DNA of 64,000 bases, from the NCBI RefSeq assembly GCF_032191835.1, contig NC_083223.1:250170001-250234000 (forward strand), in the 5' to 3' direction. Below the pieces are notes generated by a model. The model did not search any database and had not been told where the DNA came from. It worked only from the letters and a program-made list of their open reading frames with translations. This DNA comes from Heteronotia binoei (Eukaryota). Below are positions 24,901 to 36,322 of this stretch, piece by piece. Position 1 is the stretch's first letter; every line of letters begins with the position of its first letter. The position numbers and the translations under genes are program-made.

Positions 24901-25149
24901 ATGGCCTGTCACCTTATAGCAAGGAAAGTATGCACAGTGTCTCTTGCTGCAAAAAGCATGTGTGTGTCTGGATCCTAGTAGGATATAGCCAGTCATCAAT
25001 TCTTGGCAGTGAACAACTACTTTAACATCCCTTGGTGGAAAATTCTTAAACATATACTCTTATTTAAAAAAAACAACCTTCCTGAGAATGCTTTCCATCC
25101 TCAGCTTTCTGAGAATGATCATTTTGGCTATGGTACCAGGTTTGACATC

Positions 25150-25808
25150 TGCTGTGGGTCAGCCAGAGCTCAGTGAGGACTCCTTGGGAGAAGAGGAGCC
25201 ACTTGTAGCAAGCTCTGAGCCAGCAGGAGTCAGCAACCAAGAAGAACGAACTGCAGGCTGGTCAGGATTCGCAGCCAACAGTTGATGCAGAGCCACCCAG
25301 AGTCAACAGGCGAAACTAAGTTGATTGTTCCCAGCCCTCCAGTATCAACCACACCCTTTGAGCACCACAGACAGAGGCTACGAGCAGAACTACAGGAGAG
25401 AGGACAGAGTGCTCGCCTCCTGGCCCGACAACAGCTGCTTGAGTAGCTGCAGTACTTCTGAGCAACTGGCTGCAAATCTGATCCTCAGGCATGTGCCTAT
25501 AAAAACCAACCAAGGGAGGCTGTTAGGCATGGAAGCAATAAGTCATTTTACTATTGACTGCATGACCACAGCTTTGGATCCTGTTCACTCATGTGCTCCT
25601 TGGACTAGCTTCTGATTATGGCTTTCAGCTCTACTAGACTCCTTCTCATGAGTAACCCATGGAATGCTTGACTGTGCCTACTGGACAACCCTTTGGTCAT
25701 GGCTCACTTGGCTCAGAACACTTGGACTGGACTCCCAACTTGGTTTATCTCACCTGGACTTTGGCTGCCCTCCAGGAACTCACCCTTGGTTCTACCTGAC
25801 CTGCAACA
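25150..25808 (+). mobile_element. Solo LTR (Gypsy/BEL-type), 659 bp
   Basis: TG...CA termini (TGCTG...CAACA), perfect 5-bp TSD ACATC (25145-25149, 25809-25813) and internal TATAAAA at ~25497. Orientation is inferred from the TATA only. Confidence 0.8.
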
Positions 25809-27842
25809 ACATCTAGCTGTGCTGCAGAGCAGGGTGGAAGCTGAAAGATCTTATTGAGCTACATTAATAAGAACACCCAAACAATGGTCCATATAGACCA
25901 GCATCAAGTATCTTATAGTGGCTACTCAGATGCCAATCAGAACATCCACAAACAGGACATGAGGACCAAAGTTTCCCACTGTTGCTACTCATTAGCAACT
26001 GGCAGTCAGAGAGGTATACTGCCTCTGAACATGGAAGCCCCATTTAGCTATCATGGCTGAAAGCTGTCAGTGGACTTACCCTCCAACAATCTGTCTAACG
26101 TCCTTTTAAAGCTATCTAACCTAGCGTATGTCACTGTATCATGTGACAGTGAATTCCACAAGTCAATTATACATTCTTTTGTCTGACCTACATATGGTGC
26201 CTATCAATTTAACTGGATGCCTCTGAGTTCTAGTATTCTGGAAAAGAACAAAAAAGATTTCCTCTATCCACTTTCTCCACGCTATGCACAAACCTCTGAC
26301 ATGGTCCCTCCACTTAGCTGTCTTTTTTCTAAACTGTCCCGCTGCTCTTCCTACATTTCTCCAACCCACACACCAGGCTGCCTATGCCTCCTGTAAATAC
26401 TCCACAGACCCACTCATTCATTCTTTGAACCCAAGTGGTGGTCCCACTTGCCAAGAAAGTTGGCTGCTATTACAATAGGTAATAAGAATGTAGAAGAACA
26501 GGTGCAAGATGAAAACATTTATTAAGTTCTTGTGGATCTTGTGTTTCACAATTTGCTTCATTAGGGGATCATTTCCAAAGTTATCCAGTTCTCACCTTGA
26601 GCAGCAGGGAGCCACAAGAACTTAATAAATATTTTTTCACCTTGCACCTGTTCTTCTGCATTCTTTCTTCCTACTGCTGTGGCCATTCTTATTTAATTCC
26701 CCACTTCTCCACTTACAGCTGCTGGAATGGCCTTAGGTTATCCATAGCTATTGCAGGAGTTGTCCTTGAAAGGGCAGCTGCTGTGAGAGCCCTCTCAGCC
26801 CCACCCACCTCACAGGGTGTCTGTTGTGGGGGGAGCAGATATAGGAGACTGTAAGCCACTCCAAGTCTCTGATTCAGAGAGAAGGGCGAGGTATAAATCT
26901 TTCTTTGCTATTGCATTAGGCCATGGGGAGATTAAAGCTGAGAGTGGAGCTATTGGGACTAGAACCAGACAGCTGTTGATCTGCGCTTTCCTGCTCCCAC
27001 TCAGTGCTGCAAAGCAAAGTTCCAACAGTCCAGAAGTTTGCCTAATCTGGTTAGGCCAGATCCAGGCAGGAGCAGACTAGCCCTTTGACTGACTGGGAAA
27101 ATTCCAAGTGGGATGCTCCCTTGGAGGATAGCAAAGCTGGATCAAGGATTCCCTTCAGGCCTGGCAGTGCCGCAGAAAGCCTACATCTGATGTCATCATC
27201 ACTGCTGCCTAGGGTCTGAGATTTGCCCGTCCACTGATCTTATCTGCCTTGGCGAGTCATTGTCCCCACCCTGCTGGATGACTCACATTGCCTAAAGCCT
27301 ACTATGTTGACCAAAAGATTTGTCCAGAGCTACTCAATAGATTTGAAGTTACATGCCAGGCACAACTGCACTGCAGAAGTTACTGCTAGGCCCCAGCAGC
27401 TATCAGAATCATGTCAGTTGTAAGCAAGCCTTGTTTTGTAGAAAAAGCCCAGCAGAAACTCATTTGCATATTAGGCCACACCCCGACATCCCCATTGTTT
27501 TGCACGGAGCTTTTTTTTGTAGAGCAAGCCCAACAGGAACTAATTTGCATATCTGGCCATACCCCCTGACGCCAAACCAGCTGGAACTCCGTTCCAGTAC
27601 ATTCCTGCTCAAAAAAAGCTGATTGTAGGGTTTTTCTCCCCAAAACAATCTAAGTATCTAGCCTGAAGGCTGGGAAAACAGGCCTGAAAGTGTGCACTGT
27701 TTTAGAAATTGGGGGGAGTGAGGAGGGCTTCCAAGGGCTGGAGCTTCAGCTGTAACCTCAGACTCTGAACAGTTTCAGCACCTGAGAGGGCAAAGCAGCA
27801 ATTGGTAATAACGCTGGGTGGGGCTTCAGTAAATTTGTGGAG

Positions 27843-28436
27843 CAGGGGTGTCAAACATGTGGCCTGGGGGCCAAAACAGGCCCTTGGAGGGCTCCTATCA
27901 GGCCCCCAAGCAATTGGTTGTCATCTGCTTCCTTCTCCCTCTCTCTTGCTTCCTTCTGCATCACAGCTTGCTTTGCCAGGCTTGCTCAATTGCACAGGTG
28001 CTACAGAGCAAAGTCTGTATTTTTTTCCATTGGCTGAGGCTCCTCCCTTGGAGAGGAGGAGGGAGGGATAGCTTGCTTTGCCAGGCTCTCATCACACAGC
28101 AGAGCTACCGAACCAGGCTTCTTTTCCTTCTATTGGCTGAGGATCCTCTCCCTCCTGGTCCCCTGGGGAAGAAAGGAAAGAGCCAGAGCTTCCTTTGCCC
28201 AGTTTCCTCAATCTCACAGGAGACATACAAAGAAAGCACATTTCAGACTAACAAGTGCTAATGTTTTAAGCATGTTTTATTTTAAGCTTTTAAAAATCTT
28301 TGTGTTTTTCTGTGTCCTTTATAAAGTTTAAATTTCTGTTACGTAGCAATAAATTTTATGACACACATGGCCCAGCCCAACAAGGTCTAATTTATGTTAG
28401 GTCCAGCCTTCATAACAAATGAGTTCGACACCCCTG
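27843..28436. mobile_element. Non-autonomous hAT element, 594 bp
   Basis: TIR CAGGGGTGTCAAAC...GTTCGACACCCCTG. TSD not preserved. Confidence 0.7.
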
Positions 28437-31400
28437 AGAGTTTGTACCCATTCAAGAGTTGGGAAACTCTTTGCTGATCTCCAGAGCACAAACTCTGTGC
28501 TTTCAAGAAAAAGAGAGATTAGATTCTTATGGAAAAGAAAAGAAGTCTCTGTCACCTGTATGTGTTATGGACACCACTACCAGTGCAACCAATTTGGGGT
28601 CATTATGCTGCATTAAATAATTTCATGATTCACAATATCTCCATCAGGGTAAATGGCTCAAGAGTTAAAAAGGAACCAATGCTGCCTCTCCTCCTGTTTG
28701 TAGAGAAGAAGCTGTGTCTGTCTCTAAGTATGAACTGAAAAGTACTAGGAATTATTGATTGCATTCATATGGCATCTCTCTGGCGTTGCCTGTAGCATTT
28801 TTCTTACTATGGGTGCAGAATCTTTTTATTTTGTTTATTGACTACCTAAGCCAATGCAGGCAAAAGGATTAAGAACTGAATCTGTTAGTTTGGGGAAGGG
28901 GGGAGCTATGCAGAAAACGGAAGCCCCACCCTGCCTGCATGCCAGTTGCTGTTTCACCTACTCAGGTGCTTATCAAACTTAACTGTGACTGCTGCTGGAA
29001 TACTGTGGCAGGTGTCAAAGCCAGACTTATACCCAATATTTTTCAGTTCATACTTAGAGGGAGAGAGACAGAGCTTCTTCTCGGCAAACAGAAAGAAATG
29101 CAACATTGGTGCCCACCTAACGCTCGGGCAATTTACTCAGAGGTAGATATTGCAAATCACATTGGGAATTATTTAATGCAGTGTAATGACACCAAATTGG
29201 TTGTGCTGGTAGTGGTGCTCATCATACATACACGTGACAGAGAGACTGGCTTTCCTTGCCATAAGAATCCGATCTGTTTCTCTTTCTTTACCTTCACAGC
29301 TCTTGATGGACTCTGAGTTCTATTTGGATTTTGGTCTGTGGGCTGATGCTCCAGACCCTGAGCACAGCATTGCCAGCGGGAAACAGGAAACTGTGGTATC
29401 AACAACGAAATACAATTTCCATAAATTTCAACATTTTACTCCACAGTATTTATAAAGATTTCTAATGCATGACATTTATGGAAATTTTATTGATACCATG
29501 GTATCTTTTGCAGTGCACACTTTTGTTCTGGGGTCTTTCTGTTGTATGGCTTTTAGGGAGGGCCTGCAGTCCTTCTGGAATTACAATAGACCTTCAGACA
29601 ACAGAGATCAGACCCTCTGCCAGATAAGGCAGCTTCAGAAGGCAGACTTTATGGCATCATGCCTCCTCTAAGACCCCTCTCCTCCCCAAGCTCTGTTCTC
29701 CCTAGGCATTGCCCACTCCATGTCCAGGAACTTTCAAAGTTACAGCTGGCAACCCTGCTTGGAAGCTCTGCTCAGTGCTTTCCTGTTTCTGAAAAGACAC
29801 ACAATTTCAGGCCTATCTACAACACCCAAGATTCAGTACCCAGCTCCTTGCTGCAATCTCGCCAGTTTTTCTTCAGCCCTCTGCTCCTGCGCCTTTAGAA
29901 ACAGCTTGGACTCTTATGCAGAGTGAGTTGCTGTTAAAAGCATAGGACAAGGCTGTGCCTTTTGAAACCTAGTTTCCTTGAGGTATGTGTGGATGGAGAC
30001 TTACTGCTGTTTTTGAAGGAGCAGATGGCCCCTGATAGAGCACTCTATGCTCTGCTTCTGCCCACTTGCCTGCACCACAGATCCTCTTTGCTATTCATGG
30101 TCCTGCCCACTCAACAGCAGAGCTCAGTACCATACAGGGTGGGCACCTGGCAGAAATGATTGGGAGCGAAATATGTTCCTTGAGGAAACAGAATAGGATT
30201 TTCTACTGGCAGGGAAAAAAACCCAAATAAGGGTGAGTGTGTCCTACTTATTTATAGAATTGTGTTACTAGAAGAAAAAACAATGAAAATGGTAGATTTC
30301 CTTCCTTGCCCTCTCCTCCTTTCCCCATTAAAATGTAAGAACTGCCTTTGATGCAGCATCCAGCTTTTGACAGCGGTCAGACGCCTCTAGAAGCTCACAA
30401 GTGGCCATCAAGACTCCCCACCACCTCCATCACCAAGTTATTCATCCTGAAACTTATATTCTGGGGTTCATCTTTTTAAAAAGCCATCAATTTCATGGGT
30501 GTCACCACATCTTGGTCAGTCTAGACAAGCATGCCAAAAAAACCAGCCTCTAAATTCCAGCTCTTGTGCCATTTTCAGCCAAGCTAGTTTCTTCAAGAGT
30601 GTGCCCCAGAACTGCCATTGCAAGAGCTTCTGGGGAAACACCTGTGATGTATTCACCTGCCCACTTGGGACAGTCAAAAACCTCAAGCCAGCACAAGTGC
30701 TTATGCATGACAAATAGCATTAATGGGTCTTTCCTCCACAGACAGTGCCATCTCCTAATGAGGACAGACCTTACTGGTGCCCTCACTTGAATGCAGACCC
30801 CCCCCCTTTTTTGGCATCTAGCCCTAAGAACTTTGGAGCACTGGAGGTCAAAACGGTTAATGCCATTGAGAGTCCTACCAGAATTCAGTAGCTGTTTCTT
30901 CAGGGTTGTTCTCTTGAGCCAATAACCTCCCTTTTTTTTTTAACAGTCCAGAAATACAGGGTCAAATCTTGTTGATTTTCCTGGGTCAATCACAGGTCAC
31001 TCTGTCTAAGAAACTCTGTCCTCCAACCAGCACTGAAAACTAGAGGTGATATATTGCTTGTGGGCTCACTTAACTGAGGATGGAAGCGAGATTCATCCAG
31101 GTTAACTGAATCTCTCCCCCCACTCAGATAAGTTCATCTTCTGATTATACACACATTCTCATACATCCACGCATGCATCATTCCTTCAGCATATAAATAA
31201 AATCAGAGTTTGAGGGAACTTTTCAGGGGTTTGGTATCACAAGACAACTTGATTGCATAAACAGAGCTTCTGCATTGCAGAAAGCTATCACTGCATAACA
31301 GTGTTGAGAATTCTCCACCTTGGAACAAGTGCTCCCTCCCTACCACTGGAGCCTTTTAGTATTGCTTAAAAAAATACAATGCAGAAAATAAAAGATGATG

Positions 31401-31583
31401 GAAAGAAAAAACAAATACAGTATCATCTTAGACCTGGTCAAATTAGTTTTCTTTCTGCAGCTTAAAATCTTTCCCTAAAGAAGAACGTTTTGCCAGACGC
31501 ATCCCTCAGCAGAGCCCCAGACAGGTGCAGAAAGCATCCAGTCCACAAAGGGTTATTCTCCTCCCACCATCTCAACTTCCTTT

Positions 31584-31593
31584 CCTTATATGG
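31584..31593. promoter_or_regulatory. Canonical CArG box (SRF site)
   Basis: CCTTATATGG = CC(A/T)6GG, ~1.3 kb upstream of the NPAS4 TATA box. Confidence 0.6.
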
Positions 31594-32729
31594 AGTGAGA
31601 GATTATGCAAAAGCAAGCTACCTAATTTAGGTTACCCCTGTGGAAAAAAAAAAAGTACAGCCCAAAAACAGGAGACAGAGAGCCGTCACTTTTCATTCAG
31701 TTGCTCTGGCAACAATGGGGCCAAAAAAGACACATTTGTCTTTTCTTTTCTATATCTATTTTTGGCTCTGTATAGAAAAAAAGTGTTACTTAAGATTTTA
31801 CTTTTTTATTTATATATTGAAGAAAGGCAGGGGTGGGGTGGGGATAACAAAAAAAGGAGCTCACTCACCCACTACAGATTGCTCTGTGTCAGAAGTCAGA
31901 ATTCCTGGAGAGAAATCCTATATAAGGGTATGCTTGGCACAAGGTTTCTGTACTAAAAAGAAGGGGGGGGGGGAAACAGTAAGAATATGTAAGGCAAACA
32001 TAAACAGCTGGGGTGGGGTGGGGAGGCAAAGCAAAAGAAAACAGGTTTGGATGTTTTTCACAGATCAAACAATTGTATTTTTAAAGAAGCCACACAGGTA
32101 CATTTTCTTATATCACAAAGAGACCATGGTTAGAGAAATAAATGCCATATACAAAAAAAAAAAAGAGGAGAGAGCCAGGCAAGAACACAAGATAAACACA
32201 CCTTTTGAAACTGCAGTTCAGAGCTACTTTTTTGTATAACAACCCATCAAATCTGGCATTTCTCTCTTGCCCCTGCACCATCACCCCGGCCCTGGTTTTC
32301 TGTTTTGGAGAAGTGGTGAAGAGGCTTGAGGAATAAATATTTTTGTGAAAAGGAAGACAGGAGGAAGTGAAGGAAAGAAACCAGGGGAAACGGTTGTGTG
32401 AGGAAGAAGTCAGTATAACAGGTAAACAGTTTTATGCAAAACAAAGAAGGAAGAGAAAGGAGAGAAGAAGGAAGGGAAGACTAGAAAGCTAGAACAACTG
32501 ATGAATGTATATGAAGGAATTCAGAAAGCGTTTTTTGTGGGGGGGGGGGGGGGAAGGAGAGAGAGAGACATCAATGAGCAAGAGTTAATATCTGGGTCTG
32601 GGAAGAAAGGGAAGAGAGAGAAAGAGGCAGGCTCGGAGCTGTGATTCCAACAGTCTCCTCTGTCTGGTTTGTCTCCTAATTCGGTGCAGTGTTTCTTTGG
32701 CTCCCTCCTCCGCTCTCCCCCCCACTTCT

Positions 32730-32915
32730 CACCACGTCATTCAGGAGCTAGTGACGTTGGGTTCCCCCAAGCCCAAAGAAGGGAGGGGGGAGCGGCTCTG
32801 CAGCCATGTCCCTCCATTGATCTGAACAAATCTTCCCGCCCCACTTTCCTTAACATGCCAGTGCCCACACTCCCGACAGCCTATAAAAGATGGGAGGCAG
32901 GCTGTGGTTCTCAAC
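32730..32915 (+). promoter_or_regulatory. NPAS4 proximal promoter: two CRE-type sites, GC box, TATA box
   Basis: CCACGTCA ~32732-32739, TGACGT 32752-32757, CCCGCCCC 32835-32842 and TATAAAAG 32882-32889. A YYA+1 initiator-like site at ~32913 lies 31 nt from the TATA. Confidence 0.8.
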
Positions 32916-32999
32916 CAGATCCACAGGCAGACATCTGGGAGACAGAGACAGAGAAGAAGAGAGACGGAGTCCTAGCCGCACGGATCTTCGTGAGCCGAG

Positions 33000-33174
33000 A
33001 TGTATCGGTCGACGAAGGGAGCCTCCAAGGCACGGCGAGACCAAATCAATGCGGAAATCAGGAATCTTAAGGACCTGTTGCCCATCGCTGAAGGGGATAA
33101 ACTCCGGCTGTCATACCTGCACATCATGTCTTTGGCGTGTATCTACACTCGAAAATCCATCTTCTTCTCCAAAG
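33000..33174 (+). CDS. NPAS4: Neuronal PAS domain protein 4, exon 1 (bHLH)
   Basis: [58 protein letters not shown](G) is the diagnostic NPAS4 N-terminus. Donor AAAG|gtaact, 175 nt. Confidence 0.98.
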
Positions 33175-33357
33175 GTAACTAACTGGCTGATACATTTTAA
33201 AAGGGCTTGAGAGGGCAGAGTTGCTGGAGGTGGGGGAACGCCAGTTAAAGTTGGGAGGTAGAGTCTAAAACGAACAAAGTGTCTTTGGGATGGAGGGAGC
33301 TAACAGGTCTCTCTCTCTGGTGCTGAAATGGCAATAGCCCTAACCAGAGACCGTGAA

Positions 33358-33378
33358 TCTGCTGTCTCTGGTGCTGAA
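33358..33378 (-). promoter_or_regulatory. RE1/NRSE (REST-binding) element in NPAS4 intron 1
   Basis: Minus strand TTCAGCACCAGAGACAGCAGA vs consensus TTCAGCACCACGGACAGCGCC: perfect left half, canonical spacing, 16/21 matches. Flanked by two further RE1-like copies. Confidence 0.75.
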
Positions 33379-33536
33379 ATGGCCAGCTAGAAGCGGCCAG
33401 TAACTGCTGCTGTCCCAGTGCTGAAATATAATTTAGTGCCAATTAGAGAATATTATATTCAGCTGGGCATACTAGCTTGCGATATGAGACTTTTTAAAAG
33501 ACCATTGCTGATTTCTCTCCTTTTCTTTTTTAACAG

Positions 33537-33688
33537 GTACAACTTCAGAAGGCTTGGAGGAGTTGCTTTCTCCCCAAGACTTGGAGGATTTCATGCAGTC
33601 GCTTCCGGGCTTTCTTCTGGCATTCACTGGAGAGGGCAAACTCATCTATGTGTCAGAAAATGTTGCTGAGCATCTGGGGCACTCTGTG
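33537..33688 (+). CDS. NPAS4: NPAS4 exon 2 (PAS-A start)
   Basis: taacag|GT ACA...TCT GTG|gtaagt, 152 nt, ...LEDFMQSLPGFLLAFTGEGKLIYVSENVAEHLGHSV. Confidence 0.97.
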
Positions 33689-34039
33689 GTAAGTATCTCA
33701 CCAGCTCATGTGGGGGGGAGAGGAGAGAGATTCTGATAAGTCTCTCCTGTAAAGTGGAGAGATGGGACTAACCCTTTGGATACGCACCTGGTTACACAAC
33801 CTGAAAGTGCTTCAGGCACTGTTAGACATTAAACTAGACATATGTACTTAATATAGAGCTTTTGATAATTTTAACTTCATGTACAAATATCAGTTTATCC
33901 ATCTGCCTGTCAGTGTGTTGGATGCTGAAGATTGTTTCTTTTTGTTACTTGCAACTCTGATACCACAGATGTGAGACTGCTTGATGTGAGAGCGCATGTT
34001 TCTCAATCTCACCTGATGTCCTTCTCTCTGAACCCACAG

Positions 34040-34142
34040 GTGGACTTGGTTGCCCAAGGGGACAGCATCTATGACATTATTGATCCAGCAGATCATTTTG
34101 TGATGAGGAACCAGCTGGCCTTGCCCTCTCCAGTAGATACCA
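34040..34142 (+). CDS. NPAS4: NPAS4 exon 3
   Basis: ccacag|GTG GAC...ACC A|gtaagt, 103 nt, [34 protein letters not shown]. Confidence 0.97.
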
Positions 34143-34676
34143 GTAAGTTCCTTCTGTTACTTGGGCTTGTACTATGAAATGTAAAGGAAGAAGGGATTGT
34201 GGCTGAGGAAGGAATCCAAATGAGGGAGACAGCTGATGTAAAAGTCAACCAGCATGCAGGAGAACAGAAACATATGTAGCCGGGGCATAATTCAAGACTC
34301 GCCAAGGCAATTCCAAAACACATTCTTCCCTCAATTCCTGGGCTCAGTCCTGGCAAATGTGAAGCAATTATAGAGGCACGACAGCCTTCCTTCACCACTA
34401 AGCCACCAATGTCAGCTGGGGTAGGCCAGGGTTTGGGAAGAAAGGCTTTTAGGCTAGAAGGTTTGAGCCCCAGAATTTCTCTTAAAAAACAAAACACTGG
34501 AGCTCAGAAATGCTTCTCATGTTAACAGGTCAATGGCTTGCCGAGAGCCAAATCCCAGCAGAGTAGAAACTTCCTGTGCTTTCTGTTAGAAAATGTGTTA
34601 GCAGTGTGAATGTACTAAGCAGCTGATATTTCCATGGCTCTCTTTCCTGACCTTTCCATTGCTTATTGTATTCCAG

Positions 34677-34926
34677 GTCGACTCTTCCGTTGCCACTTTA
34701 ACACTTCCAAGACTATCCGGCGGCAAAGTGCGGGAAACAAGCTAGTTCTTATCCGGGGGAGGTTCCACCAACCAGAAGCCGGGTCTTACTGGTCTACTAA
34801 CCCTGTCTTCACTGCCTTTTGCACTCCTTTGGACCCCAAGCCCAGAATGAGTCAGAATTCACTCTTCCTGTCCTCGTTTGAGAGTCGCCACACAAAAGAT
34901 TTGGCCATTGTGGACATATCTGAGAG
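34677..34926 (+). CDS. NPAS4: NPAS4 exon 4
   Basis: ttccag|GT CGA...GAG AG|gtgaga, 250 nt, [30 protein letters not shown]...[16 protein letters not shown]. Confidence 0.97.
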
Positions 34927-35065
34927 GTGAGAAGTGTTCTGTGGGTGTGAAGGGATGGGGCACACCCCCAGGGTGCAGCATGAGGGGCAGCCCGGTAGTA
35001 GCCAGATGGTGAACTGTTGACTGGCCAACACTGACTGTTCTCTTTTTGTTTTGTTGGTTTTTTAG

Positions 35066-35175
35066 TGTGATTTTCCACTTGGGCTTTGAGAAAAGCGAGC
35101 TTTTGTGCAAGTCGTGGTACAGCCTGGTCCACCCAGAAGATCTTACTCATGCTTCAGCCCAGCATTACCGACTGT
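35066..35175 (+). CDS. NPAS4: NPAS4 exon 5 (PAS-B)
   Basis: ttttag|T GTG ATT...CTG T|gtgagt, 110 nt, [36 protein letters not shown]. Not in the ORF track. Confidence 0.96.
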
Positions 35176-35310
35176 GTGAGTATCCCTGCTGTTCTATTTC
35201 ACCCCCTCCATTTGCTGTGTCCTAGGAAACAGCAACTCAGCTGCATCTTTTAGTAAGCCTTGTGTTCTAAAAGTGGTTTTTTTTGTATGTGCGTGTGCTT
35301 CTTTCTCCAG

Positions 35311-35449
35311 TGGGTGACACAAGTGAAACCCAAGCTGAAATGGTGCTCCGGCTTCAAACTAAAGATGGGCTGAACTGGATATGGATCTACTCGCTGCTCC
35401 GCTTGGAGAATACGGAAGTCCCCATCACTTGCCACAGCTATATCATCAG
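35311..35449 (+). CDS. NPAS4: NPAS4 exon 6 (PAS-B)
   Basis: ctccag|TG GGT...ATC AG|gtagag, 139 nt, GDTSETQAEMVLRLQTKDGLNWIWIYSLLRLENTEVPITCHSYII. Phase fits exons 5 and 7. Confidence 0.94.
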
Positions 35450-36322
35450 GTAGAGATCGAGAACCTCTCTGTGATTGGGGTGGGTGGGCAGAGAGACCAA
35501 TTACGGTTCTTTGTAAGTTTAGCAACAGGTAGAATTGCCAAGGTTTTCTGCCATCCTTGCAGTTAAGAACCATTCTTTTGTTCAGCATCAGATCAATAGT
35601 AGGGGTGGTGAGGCTCTTGCTGGGGGAAGAGAAGCTTAGGAAAGTTAAAGCATCCAACAGAAATTGCCAAGCTGAGATACAGTGTCTGAAGATGCACTGG
35701 GCACTAGCAATCCATGAGACTGCATTGTGCCCCTTAGTCAAAATTGCCCTCGGACTGGTCACCTCTACTTGCCTTCCATAAAGCCGCCATTGCATGGAAA
35801 AGACAATCTTTATTACAGCCCCAACATCTCAGACAAGTGGTGGCTTATAAATCTAAGCAGTTACTCTGGCCACAAGGAGAAACATGTGCTTTTACAGCCT
35901 TCAGACTCACCAGTTAAGACTGCAAAGTCTGGAAAAGCAGGAGATAGCAACAGGAACAAACAACTTGCAGAGGAGTCTGAATAGGGATATTTCATTTCAA
36001 TCAAGGGGCCTTTGCTTTTGAATTCATAAGCAAAATCAAAAATTTTAAAAGGAAAGAAATAAGAACAAATGGGCATCAAGAAACCAGGCAGTAGGAATTT
36101 TACAACAGATTGGAGCTTTAAAGAGTTTACTATGCAAAAAAACCCAGGTCCTTGCCTGCAAGGAGCTTACAATTCATAGTTTGAACTGAGGGAAAGAATG
36201 GAGGAAGGGGAGATTAAAAGATGACAAACAAAGACAGTGAGCAAGCATAACTGTTTTTGCTTTGTTGAGGTTCAAGTCTCCTGGAATGATAAACTAACTT
36301 GCCCATTCTTTATTCTTTGCAG

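Noticed and set aside
32539-32553. G15 run and GGGGT repeats upstream of NPAS4 as G-quadruplexes (also G-run at ~50587)
   Set aside because: Homopolymer lengths are unreliable, such runs are common across the window, and there is no independent support.
32890-33210. 106-aa ORF or uATG overlapping the NPAS4 start
   Set aside because: Its ATG directly follows the TATA box, ~23 nt upstream of the predicted start site, so it is unlikely to be in the mRNA.
33940-34030. Repeated gatgtgaga and a short hairpin in NPAS4 intron 2 (possible snoRNA or miRNA)
   Set aside because: No proper C/D or H/ACA box arrangement, and the stem is too short for a pre-miRNA.
35176-35310. Frame-preserving retention of intron 5 (135 nt) or intron 2 (351 nt)
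   Set aside because: Both contain in-frame stop codons.
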